DNA of 32,000 bases from Fibrobacter succinogenes subsp. succinogenes S85 (GTDB lineage Bacteria > Fibrobacterota > Fibrobacteria > Fibrobacterales > Fibrobacteraceae), in the NCBI RefSeq assembly GCF_000146505.1, contig NC_017448.1:1620001-1652000 (forward strand), given 5' to 3'. Position 1 is the first letter of the stretch. Each line of letters starts with the position of its first letter. The notes beneath the pieces were generated by a model that did no database searches, was not told the DNA's origin, and saw only the letters and a list, made by a program, of their open reading frames with translations. The translations under genes and the position numbers were made by a program. Positions 14,412 to 24,776 of the stretch are shown in pieces.

Positions 14412-15506
14412 ATGCTTGACAAAAACGTTATCCTCAATGGAAAGGCCGTTCTTGTTACGGGCGCGGCAGGATTTATCGGTTGCAACCTCTGCAAGAAGTT
14501 GCTTAACGACTACAACTGTTCCGAACTCGTCGGACTCGATTCCATCACCGACTACTATGACGTGAACATCAAGCACGAGCGTCTCAAGGAGATAGAGACT
14601 CTCGCGACATTAACCGGCAAGAAGTGGACATTCGTCAAAGCGAACCTCGCCGACAAGGCCGCCATCGACAGCCTGTTCGAGAAATACCACTTTGCCGTCG
14701 TCGTGAACCTCGCCGCCCAGGCAGGCGTTCGCTATTCCATCACGAACCCGGATGCCTACATCCAAAGCAACCTCATCGGATTCTACAACATCCTGGAAGC
14801 TTGCCGCAGGGGCGCCGAAAAAGGCGAGGTTGAGCACCTCGTGTACGCGAGCTCCTCCAGCGTGTACGGCAGCAATAAGAAGATCCCGTACTCCACCGAC
14901 GACAAAGTCGATAACCCGGTCTCGCTGTACGCAGCCACCAAGAAGAGCAACGAGCTCATGGCACACGCCTACAGCAAGCTCTACAACATCCCGAGCACGG
15001 GCCTCCGCTTCTTTACCGTCTACGGCCCCGCCGGCCGCCCGGACATGGCCTACTTCGGCTTCACCAACAAGCTCAAAGCCGGCAAGACCATCCAGATTTT
15101 CAACTACGGCAAGTGCAAGCGCGACTTCACGTTCGTTGATGACATTGTCGAAGGCGTCGTGCGCGTGATGCAGCACGCCCCCGAAAAGCAGAATGGCGAA
15201 GACGGCCTCCCCCTCCCGCCATACAAGGTCTACAACATCGGCAACAACCACCCCGAAAACCTGCTCGACTTCGTGACGATCCTCCAAGAAGAGCTCGTCC
15301 GCGCAAAGGTGCTCCCCGCCGATTACGACTTCGAGGCGCACAAGGAACTCGTACCCATGCAGCCTGGCGACGTGCCCGTGACCTACGCCGACACAACCGC
15401 CCTAGAGCAAGACTTCGGCTTCAAGCCCGCAACACCTCTCCGCGAAGGTCTAAGAAAGTTTGCGGAATGGTATGCGGAGTGGTATGGGAAAGAGGGTGAA
15501 AAGTAG
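14412..15506 (+). CDS. NAD-dependent epimerase, UDP-glucuronate 4-epimerase type
   Basis: It has VLVTGAAGFIG, ASSSSVYG and YAATK (YxxxK), plus LRFFTVYGPAGRPDMAYF. It lies downstream of ugd. Confidence 0.82.
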   Translation: MLDKNVILNGKAVLVTGAAGFIGCNLCKKLLNDYNCSELVGLDSITDYYDVNIKHERLKEIETLATLTGKKWTFVKANLADKAAIDSLFEKYHFAVVVNLAAQAGVRYSITNPDAYIQSNLIGFYNILEACRRGAEKGEVEHLVYASSSSVYGSNKKIPYSTDDKVDNPVSLYAATKKSNELMAHAYSKLYNIPSTGLRFFTVYGPAGRPDMAYFGFTNKLKAGKTIQIFNYGKCKRDFTFVDDIVEGVVRVMQHAPEKQNGEDGLPLPPYKVYNIGNNHPENLLDFVTILQEELVRAKVLPADYDFEAHKELVPMQPGDVPVTYADTTALEQDFGFKPATPLREGLRKFAEWYAEWYGKEGEK

Positions 15507-15587
15507 GTGGAGACAAAATATATAAAGATAAATATACAATCGGTTACTATATTATAACGGATAAGTATAACCAGGAATGAGCTAGGC

Positions 15588-16370
15588 ATGAGTCGAATCA
15601 AGTTTATGAATACCGAAATAGACAATCTGACAATGAACGAAACATTGTCAGCTATTGAGGATTTGATTCAGCAAAGAAAAAATGCATATGTTGTAACCCC
15701 AAATGTAGATCACATTGTAAAGCTCGAATCAAATGAAAAGCTAAAAGCATCTTACTCTGAAGCTGACTTAATTTTGACAGACGGCATGCCCCTTATATGG
15801 GCATCCAAAATATACCGAACTCCTATTAAAGAAAAGATTTCGGGATCAGACATTTTCCCAGAATTATGTAAACTTGCAGCAGAAAAACATTATTCAATGT
15901 TTTTTTTAGGAGCTAAAGAGGGTGTTGCAGCAAAAGCTGCAGAAAAACTAAAAGTCCATTTCCCTGATTTAAAAATAACCGGATGTTACGCCCCCCCATT
16001 TGGATTCGAGTCCAATCCAAAAGAACTTGAAAAAATTGAGCACTTGATTAAAGATGCAAATCCACATATTTTAATTTTGGCTTTAGGTTGCCCTAAACAA
16101 GAAGTCCTAGCACACCAATTTCGAAATCTATTCGGGGTTCCAATCACACTATGTTTAGGGGCCACCTTAGACTTTGCAGCAGAAAATGTGAAACGAGCCC
16201 CGCATTGGATGAGAAATGCGGGAATAGAATGGGTTTATCGGCTTTATCAAGAACCGGTACGTATGTTTAAACGCTACATACTTGAAGATTGGAAATTCAT
16301 AAAGTTGTTCGTCAAATACTGGGGGCAAAACTCTAGAAAAAATGTATTTTTAGAGGAAACCAAAAGATAA
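15588..16370 (+). CDS. WecG/TagA/CpsF-family (GT26) glycosyltransferase
   Basis: ...VVTPNVDHIV..., ...TDGMPLIWAS..., ...LALGCPKQE... and ...RAPHWMRNAGIEWVYRLYQEP are characteristic of the family. Confidence 0.85.
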   Translation: MSRIKFMNTEIDNLTMNETLSAIEDLIQQRKNAYVVTPNVDHIVKLESNEKLKASYSEADLILTDGMPLIWASKIYRTPIKEKISGSDIFPELCKLAAEKHYSMFFLGAKEGVAAKAAEKLKVHFPDLKITGCYAPPFGFESNPKELEKIEHLIKDANPHILILALGCPKQEVLAHQFRNLFGVPITLCLGATLDFAAENVKRAPHWMRNAGIEWVYRLYQEPVRMFKRYILEDWKFIKLFVKYWGQNSRKNVFLEETKR

Positions 16371-18146
16371 ATGATTTCTCTAGAAATCACGAAGCCCTGT
16401 TCAAAGAAAATGTCTATACTGAAAAAATTGCAACCATATGATGTAATCTTTGTTGATTATTTTGATACACTTGTTTTTAGAAATATTCATTCCCATCAGA
16501 TTTACAGTCAATGGGCAAAAGTACTTTTGGGAAAATTAGACTCCGTATCTAAACATATAGATGAAGAACAACTGGTAGCTCTAAGATGGAAAGCCTTACA
16601 AAATCTTAGGGAAAAAAATGATGAGCCTTCATATAGAGATTTAATCTTTGAAATTTTTTCATTAGGAAATTTGGAATTTTTCGTTGATTTTAATATTTTT
16701 TTTGAATTAAGTTATACCGCAGATGAGGCTGTGGAACTAGGGTGTCAATATCCTAATAAAGAAGTAGTTGAAATTCTTTATTCCTTGAAGCGGCAAGGAA
16801 AGAAATTATATCTTGTTTCTGATTTTTATATGCCTCGTAAAGCATATGAATCTTTTTTGTCTGCATTCAGTATAAATAATCTTTTTGATGACATTTTTAT
16901 TTCATCAGAACATAATGCAAGTAAAAGAACAGGTTCTCTGTACAAATATGCTCTTGAAAAAACAAACAGTTTTTCACAAAAAGTTGTAATGCTTGGCGAT
17001 AGCCAAAAGGATGATTTCAAGTCTGCGCTTAAGCAAAATATTGCAGCTATTCGCTATTTCCCATTTAAACATAAATTATATACCAATCTAAGCAAATACT
17101 TAAATTGGGATTACTCCAAAAGAGTTGTAGCTCTAAAATCAAGCTGGCTATATAAAAATTCAATTTTTGAGGAGTATGCCGTAGTTCTATATGCCTTTAT
17201 ACAAAGGTTATATTCAGAAGCAAAAAAAAGTAATGCAGAAAAATTAGCGTTTCTTAGCAGAGGAGGATTTTTTTTACAAACACTTTTTGATGAATATCAA
17301 AAAGACGTAATTTCCTCAAAAGAACAAATTAAAAGCGCATATTGCTTAAATTCTAGAAAAGTTTGTTTTGCAGCAAAAAATGACGAAAACGCGAAAAGCC
17401 TTTTGTTAAAATATTTACAGCAATTTAAATGTGGCGATTCAATTTTCCTTGTTGATGAAGGATGGTATAACCATTCTCAACAAATTTTAGCATCCGTTTC
17501 TGGGTGGAACACTTTTGGTTTTTACATTGGCACTAGGCAAAAGGAAACTTTGAATATTCCTAATCAATGCGTAAGAAAAGGCTTGCTTTTCGATATGGGG
17601 ACAAAAAAGCCGAATACAAAGTATTATGGTATTTTATGCACAAATTGTTCCATGTATGAACAGATTCTTACTGCGCCGCACGGCTCTGTAGACACGTATT
17701 ATGAAGAATTTGGAGCAGTGAAAGCTCTTTTGAAAACGAACGAAAAAGAAAAATACTTATATGACAAATACATTCGAGATATGCAAGAGCGAATGCTGTT
17801 GCATTTTAAAGGAATGTGCGCGTGGCTCGGCAATAATGAAATTTCTCTAAAACAGTGTGCAAAAATAGTGCTAAAGTCTGTTGTCTTTAATTCAAAAAAA
17901 AGATGCGAATGGCTAAATGATTTAGATAATAACCGTTTTGACAATTATACAACAGGAAAAAGCAAAGATAAAACGATCAAAGATGTGAGAATAAATGTTT
18001 TTGAGTTACTCATACATCCAGATCGTTATTTAGGAATGTTTTGCAAAATTCAGCGGAAACTAGTAAACCACCCCTTATTGGCAGCAGGGTATTATCCACT
18101 AGCTTTTATATTTTATCTGTACGTCAGAATAATGTCAAGAGTTTGA
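16371..18146 (+). CDS. Large HAD-like hydrolase-domain protein (591 aa), function unknown
   Basis: VIFVDYFDTLVFR resembles HAD motif I and ...VVMLGDSQKDD resembles motif IV. The C-terminal roughly 350 aa are unassigned. The start abuts the previous stop. Confidence 0.6.
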   Translation: MISLEITKPCSKKMSILKKLQPYDVIFVDYFDTLVFRNIHSHQIYSQWAKVLLGKLDSVSKHIDEEQLVALRWKALQNLREKNDEPSYRDLIFEIFSLGNLEFFVDFNIFFELSYTADEAVELGCQYPNKEVVEILYSLKRQGKKLYLVSDFYMPRKAYESFLSAFSINNLFDDIFISSEHNASKRTGSLYKYALEKTNSFSQKVVMLGDSQKDDFKSALKQNIAAIRYFPFKHKLYTNLSKYLNWDYSKRVVALKSSWLYKNSIFEEYAVVLYAFIQRLYSEAKKSNAEKLAFLSRGGFFLQTLFDEYQKDVISSKEQIKSAYCLNSRKVCFAAKNDENAKSLLLKYLQQFKCGDSIFLVDEGWYNHSQQILASVSGWNTFGFYIGTRQKETLNIPNQCVRKGLLFDMGTKKPNTKYYGILCTNCSMYEQILTAPHGSVDTYYEEFGAVKALLKTNEKEKYLYDKYIRDMQERMLLHFKGMCAWLGNNEISLKQCAKIVLKSVVFNSKKRCEWLNDLDNNRFDNYTTGKSKDKTIKDVRINVFELLIHPDRYLGMFCKIQRKLVNHPLLAAGYYPLAFIFYLYVRIMSRV

Positions 18147-18161
18147 CATCGCCTCCAGACT

Positions 18162-19310
18162 CTATTCTTTCCCTCTTATCTTTTTGTACATCTTATATAA
18201 TTTCTTAAGCAATCGATATCTGACACAGTAATTAGTAGTTATTTCTCTTCTTAAAGCAATATCCTTGTGCTTAATCCATTGAGCTAAACTAAGCTTCGTC
18301 GATTTTTCCCTTTTCAATGATTCAATGGGAGATTCTTGTCCCGCAATAACTGCGTCCAGAATATCTAGCATTTTAGGAATACAAGTACCAATATTTGAAA
18401 AATGAGATTCAGAATACTGTCGTGCGTCTCGTTGATACTTATCATAATCCGCAATCACACCAGCAATACATTCTGTCAATTTTTCCTTCGTAGTCTTTAT
18501 AACATAGTCATAATCATTAGCAGGTTTTCTACTTGGTTTCGTATCCGGAATTAACCAATTATCAACGGAAATAGCAGGTTTTCCAAGCATTACCGATTCA
18601 CTCATAGTGCTAGATTCTTCTGACACTAGAACATCGGAAACCATTATTGCATCTAAAATGCTCGTTTTGGGATCCATCTGTATAACACGAGGATTATCCT
18701 TATGAAGCTCATACATCTCTTTTATGTTAGCCAATTGTTCTGGATAACAATCTGGCCACGGAGCTTGCTTTATGAGGATATTGACATTCAACGGAAGCAT
18801 AGACTGGACAAACTCATCTTGCTTGTGGTCATTCTCCCACGCCGGCGCATATAGAATAGTTCTTTTTAGGGGATCAAGACCTATTTTCTTTGCCAACATT
18901 ATTCTTTTAGATTCATCTTTATACTCAGCAAGTCTATCAGCCTTAGGCCATCCGGTAAGATATACGCCTTTTCTTGGGTTAGCATAATAATACTGAGAGC
19001 TCAGTTTCCAGTTATCCACCCAAACCTTACTTGGAAGAAAACCAATATCATATTTATTCCATGGTTCTCTTAACCAAATATCCGGCCAATTACCATACTG
19101 CTGCATGATATCATGGAGCATAATTACAGAAAACTTACTGAATTGAGGATGATTTATATGTTCGCAATACCATCCTATTTCGCATTTTTCAAACTTATTG
19201 TCCGTGATACTAGTTTTGTATCCCCTTTTCTTCGCTTCTTCCGCAATCATCTCATATACTTGCTTCTGAACAGTATCCAAGTATATAAAAGTAATTTCCT
19301 TTTTCAACAT
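18162..19310 (-). CDS. Putative CDP-glycerol glycerophosphotransferase-like enzyme (TagB/TagF-related, divergent)
   Basis: ...KRTILYAPAWEND... and ...SDVLVSEESSTMSESVMLGKPAI... resemble the Glyphos_transf C-terminal half. The match is weaker than for 20897..22078. Confidence 0.55.
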   Translation of the reverse strand: MLKKEITFIYLDTVQKQVYEMIAEEAKKRGYKTSITDNKFEKCEIGWYCEHINHPQFSKFSVIMLHDIMQQYGNWPDIWLREPWNKYDIGFLPSKVWVDNWKLSSQYYYANPRKGVYLTGWPKADRLAEYKDESKRIMLAKKIGLDPLKRTILYAPAWENDHKQDEFVQSMLPLNVNILIKQAPWPDCYPEQLANIKEMYELHKDNPRVIQMDPKTSILDAIMVSDVLVSEESSTMSESVMLGKPAISVDNWLIPDTKPSRKPANDYDYVIKTTKEKLTECIAGVIADYDKYQRDARQYSESHFSNIGTCIPKMLDILDAVIAGQESPIESLKREKSTKLSLAQWIKHKDIALRREITTNYCVRYRLLKKLYKMYKKIRGKE

Positions 19311-19465
19311 TTTTTCCTCATGTCACCGTTTTATTCTTATTGACAATAACAATACCGAACTTGTCCCATTTTTAGTTGAAATTCAGTTGCTTCAACCGCA
19401 GTAAATCTAAACTATTCAAGCATCTTTGTCTAGTAGCAGCAAGTATATCCGTCAGACAAATCCAC

Positions 19466-20890
19466 TCACTTTTCTCTGAGGCCTTTAATCATATTCATAA
19501 ATGTTCTACGCTTAAACAATACCAATAGCGAGACAAGAACGGCTACGCCCCAACGAGCAAAATCGTAATCGTACAAGAAGGTAAAAATCAATGACGAAGC
19601 AAAAAAAGCAGAACAAATTACAATCATTTTTTTGATATTGAAAATTCTTTCTTTAGTCATCTTTTTCATAAAGAAATAATGAAGAACCATAAATACCAAA
19701 TAGCACATTTCTGTTGTATATGCAGCAGCAATGAAACCATATTTTGGAATAAAAAGCAAATTCAAAATGACATTAAGCACGGCGCCAACAAAAGAGGCGA
19801 CCGCTACATAGGAAGTTTTTCCGATGTAAAATTCTACCGTAGAAAACAATCCATAGCAAAAAGTAAAATACGTTCCCATAACAACAGGAGGAATACACCA
19901 TTTTGCCGGCATATATTCCGAGCCACCCATAATGAAAACAACTTCTGGGGCAAGAAGCATTACTATAGCCGACATAAGTCCCAATAGTATACACAGCATG
20001 TTTGAAGTAACTGCTATGGAATGGTATTCTCCCGACTTAAGTTTCTTATACATCCAAGGAACAAGGGAGCCATTTATGGAAGCAATTACTATAAGGATAA
20101 TCTGACCGATATTGTACGTCAAACTATAAATGCCCGCAAAAGACGTCCCACAAATATGATCAATCATCAATCTGTCCGACTGAGCAAGAACAATCAACGA
20201 TAAATAGTGGGGAATTAAAGGAATGTTAAATTTAAGACTTTCCCACCAAACTACTTTCGAGAAAAACGCACGGCCATCAACGAACTGTTTTACAAAAAAG
20301 AGCATTCCTACAGCGATTTGCACATAAAGAAAACCGTAAATAAGCGCATTAGCCCTAATATCCGTCAAAAAGAACATCAAAAGGCTTATTGCGGGGACAA
20401 GTAGAGAGGCGAGTAGCGTGATCGCGACCATACTCTTATACTTGTTTTCCACTCGCTGACGTACCGACCAAAATAAAAAGGACGGATTAAATATATAGTA
20501 GACAAACAGTGTAATAACGAGTTTTTCATCAAAGCCCGTAAGCCTGCGGAACGGGTCAAAGAAAAGCAAAACTATTAAAAAAGTCAGCACCGCTACAGCT
20601 GAACTCAATCCTTGCATCTGTGCAGTGTATTTGTCATTTGATCCATCGTTCTTTACAAGTCCCCGTGTAAAAACACCAGCCGAGAGATTTAGTGTCGCAA
20701 ATATCAATATCAAATCACGCCAAGACTGAAAAACGGTGTACGTACCATATTCCGAAGTAGTCAACAAACGAGTATACAATGGAATTACAATAAAAGAAAT
20801 TCCCTTTTGTGCAAAATTGCAAAATAGATACCAAAGAGAAGCTTTGGCTTCTATTGATAAGGAACCATATTTTTTCAACACGCAATCCAT
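19466..20890 (-). CDS. Wzx-type polysaccharide flippase (MOP superfamily)
   Basis: A 474-aa polytopic membrane protein. The N-terminus ...KASLWYLFCNFAQKGISFIVIPLYTRLLTTSEYG is typical of this family. Confidence 0.8.
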   Translation of the reverse strand: MDCVLKKYGSLSIEAKASLWYLFCNFAQKGISFIVIPLYTRLLTTSEYGTYTVFQSWRDLILIFATLNLSAGVFTRGLVKNDGSNDKYTAQMQGLSSAVAVLTFLIVLLFFDPFRRLTGFDEKLVITLFVYYIFNPSFLFWSVRQRVENKYKSMVAITLLASLLVPAISLLMFFLTDIRANALIYGFLYVQIAVGMLFFVKQFVDGRAFFSKVVWWESLKFNIPLIPHYLSLIVLAQSDRLMIDHICGTSFAGIYSLTYNIGQIILIVIASINGSLVPWMYKKLKSGEYHSIAVTSNMLCILLGLMSAIVMLLAPEVVFIMGGSEYMPAKWCIPPVVMGTYFTFCYGLFSTVEFYIGKTSYVAVASFVGAVLNVILNLLFIPKYGFIAAAYTTEMCYLVFMVLHYFFMKKMTKERIFNIKKMIVICSAFFASSLIFTFLYDYDFARWGVAVLVSLLVLFKRRTFMNMIKGLREK

Positions 20891-20896
20891 TCCATC

Positions 20897-22078
20897 TCAT
20901 CCAATTTTATTTAGAACGAATTCCATTATTATTTTGCAGCAATCACTTGACTCATATTTAATGAATTTATCTCGTTTTTCTTGGCGTCGTAACTGTTCCA
21001 AATTAGGATTGCAAATATTATCCCGAATCGCAGTAAGTAATTCATCATGATTTACAGCAACCGTTCCACAAGCAACATCTTCTATATCGTAATACAGTCC
21101 CCGATCCTTATTCTTGTAATACTCATAATCATAGGCAAAATGTATAATAGGCCTATCACAAATCAAAAAATCAAAAAAACAACTAGAATAATCCGTTATT
21201 AAAATGTCAGCCCCGGCCAATAACGTTTGCGCGTCCAAATTTGGACACAAAAAAACTCGTTCATTAGAAAGTAAGGACTCTTTCCCTCTAGAAATATCCT
21301 GAAAATGAGATTTTTCAATAAGAACAAAATCAAATTCTTTAGCTAATTGATTTACGGACTGGCATAAAGAGGGTTCAAAAAAGGATTCCGCTTTAGCCTT
21401 TTTGTCCCTAAATGTTGGCATATATACAACAATTTTGCATTCACCATTCATTCCGCAGGCATCCAACAAATCTTTCCTAGATTTTTTACAGAAAACTTCA
21501 TCATAGAGAACTTGATTTCGAGGTTGTCCAACCTTAAGGATTGCGTTAACCGGCGCATTAAATGCAGACTGAGCAATTGTCGCATAACTATCAGAGGGGG
21601 TAATGTAGAGATCATAATTGGACAACTTTCGAACAAGCCATTGCGTAAACGATTCTACAATATTGCCAGGTAAATCTACCGTATCATTACATATTTTTTT
21701 CCAAGGAACACCATGCCATAACTGCACTTTATATGCCCCCCCCAACAAATTAAAGGTACACAAATCAAAATAGCCTTGATTCACAAAAGCTACTTTTGCA
21801 GTAGCCACATAAAACATTCCCTTAATAGAATTTCTTTTAACAATTTTGCAATCCAGATTAAACTTTTCCGGACTTCTGGCCATCCAGATCAATTCCAATT
21901 GAGGGTAGCATTTCTTAACATAGTTATACATTGCCAACGAATTGTCTGATATTTGGTTACCGAACCAAGAACCAAACACCCAACGATTTTTTTTTCGAGG
22001 CAAAAGGAACGAAACACAATACAACAAGTAATTAAATAAATTATAAGAAAGCCAAAGAAACTTATTTATAAACATCAT
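20897..22078 (-). CDS. CDP-glycerol glycerophosphotransferase (TagB/TagF family)
   Basis: The motifs are KIVVYMPTFRDKK and ...ILITDYSSCFFDFLICDRPIIHFAYDYEYY...RGLYYD. Confidence 0.85.
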   Translation of the reverse strand: MMFINKFLWLSYNLFNYLLYCVSFLLPRKKNRWVFGSWFGNQISDNSLAMYNYVKKCYPQLELIWMARSPEKFNLDCKIVKRNSIKGMFYVATAKVAFVNQGYFDLCTFNLLGGAYKVQLWHGVPWKKICNDTVDLPGNIVESFTQWLVRKLSNYDLYITPSDSYATIAQSAFNAPVNAILKVGQPRNQVLYDEVFCKKSRKDLLDACGMNGECKIVVYMPTFRDKKAKAESFFEPSLCQSVNQLAKEFDFVLIEKSHFQDISRGKESLLSNERVFLCPNLDAQTLLAGADILITDYSSCFFDFLICDRPIIHFAYDYEYYKNKDRGLYYDIEDVACGTVAVNHDELLTAIRDNICNPNLEQLRRQEKRDKFIKYESSDCCKIIMEFVLNKIG

Positions 22079-23409
22079 GAAATGAGTCCTTCCCTTTCAG
22101 CCACATTCATCTTCGATGAACTAAGACAAGGCAAGTTCTGAAGTCCATTTTTATACAAGATACAGAACAATAAAAACACCCAGCACCAATTGAACATAAC
22201 ATTATAGGTAACACCTTCTACTAATAGACCTAAGAAAAATAGCCCATACCTGTAATTCATCCTTGCGCCTTTAATAAAATGATAAAATAGCCAAGAATAA
22301 AGCAAAATAAAGCCCAAGTAACCTCGGCTCCATAAATTATTGATAAAATCGCATTCCACAACCCATGCGTACTTACTATCAGCATACTGTCCAAAATAAA
22401 GGACCTGAGAATAGCCACTCGATTTTAGTCCATAGCCAAAACAATTTTTCTCTAAAGAATTGTTTTTTGTTATAAGCGGAATTGAAGTCCAATATCTAGC
22501 ATGTAACCGAGCACTTGATTGCGATTCCAAAACATTACTGCTTAAACTATCACGAACACCAATAACTTTACCCACGACAATCTGGTTATGCACCCCTACA
22601 AAAACCACGACAAGAATTCCAATAACATATAACAACATTTTCCGGCGAACCTTAACTCCATTCTTGAAAAAATCACAGTAAATAGCTCGAATAAATTCAC
22701 AAAAAATCACCGCAATAAATCCCAAAAAGAGTGTTCTACTACCGCTCATACAACACATTCCAGCAAAGAGCAATTTCAGCCCCAATTTTTCACTAAGGCA
22801 ATAACCCAATAACATAAGCGGCGCAAAATTTCCTGAATTCCAGCACAAGCCACTAATTTTTAGATTTTCTTCCATTAACTGGCTGGCATTAGGCACCATT
22901 CCAAGCAGGTTAACGAATACAAAGTTGTTTACATCAAAATGAGCTAGATAATAAGAAACAAACTGAAAATACCCCCAAGCCATCTGAAAGATGGCAGCAA
23001 CAAAGACGCCCCTCATATAATTGATTATCAAGCCGCAATTCTGTTTACCCGTATACGCAAGAAAAAGGAATAAATAGAAAAAATCCCACAACAGTTCTGT
23101 CCACTGAGCATTTTTCCACCATTCAGGAATATTGCTTGTCAAGCAAGATACAACGGTACAAATACTGCATAAGACAATTAACACATAAGGAAAGCTTACG
23201 CTGCGAAACCAAATTTTTCGTGTTACGAGCAGCTTAAAAAAAACGACTAAAAACAAGAGAATTGTGAATATGGTAAAACCGCCAATCTGAATAATCGGCA
23301 TGGTTCCCAAAAAACCAAATAAAAACAACAACTTTTTTTCCAAGCCGCGAGAACGGTCCTCATGGCCCACCATTCCATCAAACAAAGCTATTGATTCTTT
23401 TGTTCGCAT
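22075..23409 (-). CDS. Wzy/O-antigen-ligase-like polytopic membrane protein (putative polymerase)
   Basis: 444 aa with about 10 or more hydrophobic segments, in a glycan-locus context. Its stop overlaps the next start as ATGA. The true start may be an internal Met. Confidence 0.6.
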   Translation of the reverse strand: MRTKESIALFDGMVGHEDRSRGLEKKLLFLFGFLGTMPIIQIGGFTIFTILLFLVVFFKLLVTRKIWFRSVSFPYVLIVLCSICTVVSCLTSNIPEWWKNAQWTELLWDFFYLFLFLAYTGKQNCGLIINYMRGVFVAAIFQMAWGYFQFVSYYLAHFDVNNFVFVNLLGMVPNASQLMEENLKISGLCWNSGNFAPLMLLGYCLSEKLGLKLLFAGMCCMSGSRTLFLGFIAVIFCEFIRAIYCDFFKNGVKVRRKMLLYVIGILVVVFVGVHNQIVVGKVIGVRDSLSSNVLESQSSARLHARYWTSIPLITKNNSLEKNCFGYGLKSSGYSQVLYFGQYADSKYAWVVECDFINNLWSRGYLGFILLYSWLFYHFIKGARMNYRYGLFFLGLLVEGVTYNVMFNWCWVFLLFCILYKNGLQNLPCLSSSKMNVAEREGLIS

Positions 23410-23798
23410 GATTTCAATTCTTGTTTAATTTGAGTCGTACTAATTTCCGGCGTTCTAGGCAAGTAAACAACGTCAACACCTTCGTCCTTCAAAAAGTCAA
23501 ACTTTCCGCTCCAATCATCTCCCATAACAAAAGTATCGATATGGTATTCATGCACATCGCTCTTTTTTTGTTGCCAGTTCTCTTCAGGTATAACTAAATC
23601 AACATAACGAATAGCTTCCAACAAAGCTTTTCTTTTTTCATAACTGAAGTAGCATTTTTTTTGTTTTTCATTCCAGTTAAATTCATCAGTTGACAAAGCA
23701 ACAATCAAATAATCACCTAAAGCTTTTGCCCGCTTTAGCAAATTGATGTGCCCATAATGCAACAAGTCAAATGTGCCGTACGTGATAATGCGTTTCAT
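23388..23798 (-). CDS. tagD: Glycerol-3-phosphate cytidylyltransferase
   Basis: MKRIITYGTFDLLHYGHINLLKRAK carries the HxGH motif. The segments ...FVMGDDWSGKFDFL... and ...YLPRTPEISTTQIK are also typical. 136 aa. Confidence 0.93.
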   Translation of the reverse strand: MKRIITYGTFDLLHYGHINLLKRAKALGDYLIVALSTDEFNWNEKQKKCYFSYEKRKALLEAIRYVDLVIPEENWQQKKSDVHEYHIDTFVMGDDWSGKFDFLKDEGVDVVYLPRTPEISTTQIKQELKSCEQKNQ

Positions 23799-23821
23799 AC
23801 GTAAATTCTACCTGTTAAAGT

Positions 23822-24745
23822 TTAAAGGAGATGAAATAGTATTTTACAACGAATAGACAACGTCGTTCGATCCCAAGGGATATCGTGTGAATCAGGATGT
23901 TTCAGAAGCTGGATTGTTTTTTTATAGTTCTTTTTATAATCTCGAAGCAATTCAACATCTTTTTGATATAAAGACGGAGCATCACAGGCGTTCAAACGAA
24001 TAAACTGATCGGCCATTTTGCTAATATCATAAGGTTCTCGATTTACAAGAAGCCTTATTTTTTCCACAATCCACTTATGCAATACAATTTTTTTATGGCC
24101 ATAGCCCACAACATTATTTCCGTGAATACGATGTAGAATACTGGGCCGGCAATCATACTTAACAGAACCGACATACGAGGCCAAAGAAAGCAACATGCTA
24201 TCATGCATCATGACATTATCAATGTTAATCCGCTTCAACAAATCCATCATGGATCTATTGAAGGCCATGCAACAACCGGGCACCTGATTAAACAACAAGG
24301 CTTTTATTGGCGTAAATAGCGGAGTTGTTTTTATAAAGGCTTCCGCCTTAACATTCAACACACCATCTGTAATCGTATAATTTGAGCAATACACTGCCGC
24401 TTTTTTTTCATCTCTTAAAAAAGAAACTCCGCGCTCAATTTTATTCGGCAACCAAACATCGTCTTGATCTGCAAAAAAATAGTAATCAGCAGTTTCTGCA
24501 TCTTTTATCAATTTCAAAAAACTTTTTTGCGGTCCAACATTTTCACCTTTTTGGACAACTATTTTTCGCAACTCAGTCTTAGGATAATTTTCCAAAAAAG
24601 ATACCGTATTGTCTTTGGATCCATCATCACGAACAAGAATTTCTATTTCACCGTCATAAACTTGACCAAAGATGCTATCTATTTGTTCCTGAATATGGGC
24701 CATCCCATTGTAGGTTGACATCAATACTATAACTTTTTCTCTCAC
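23822..24745 (-). CDS. Family 2 glycosyltransferase
   Basis: VLMSTYNG...ILVRDDGSKDNT...FADQDDVW is the GT2 DxD region. Confidence 0.85.
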   Translation of the reverse strand: MREKVIVLMSTYNGMAHIQEQIDSIFGQVYDGEIEILVRDDGSKDNTVSFLENYPKTELRKIVVQKGENVGPQKSFLKLIKDAETADYYFFADQDDVWLPNKIERGVSFLRDEKKAAVYCSNYTITDGVLNVKAEAFIKTTPLFTPIKALLFNQVPGCCMAFNRSMMDLLKRINIDNVMMHDSMLLSLASYVGSVKYDCRPSILHRIHGNNVVGYGHKKIVLHKWIVEKIRLLVNREPYDISKMADQFIRLNACDAPSLYQKDVELLRDYKKNYKKTIQLLKHPDSHDIPWDRTTLSIRCKILFHLL

Positions 24746-24776
24746 TTTAAGCCTCTAACGGTGACAACATCAGTCT

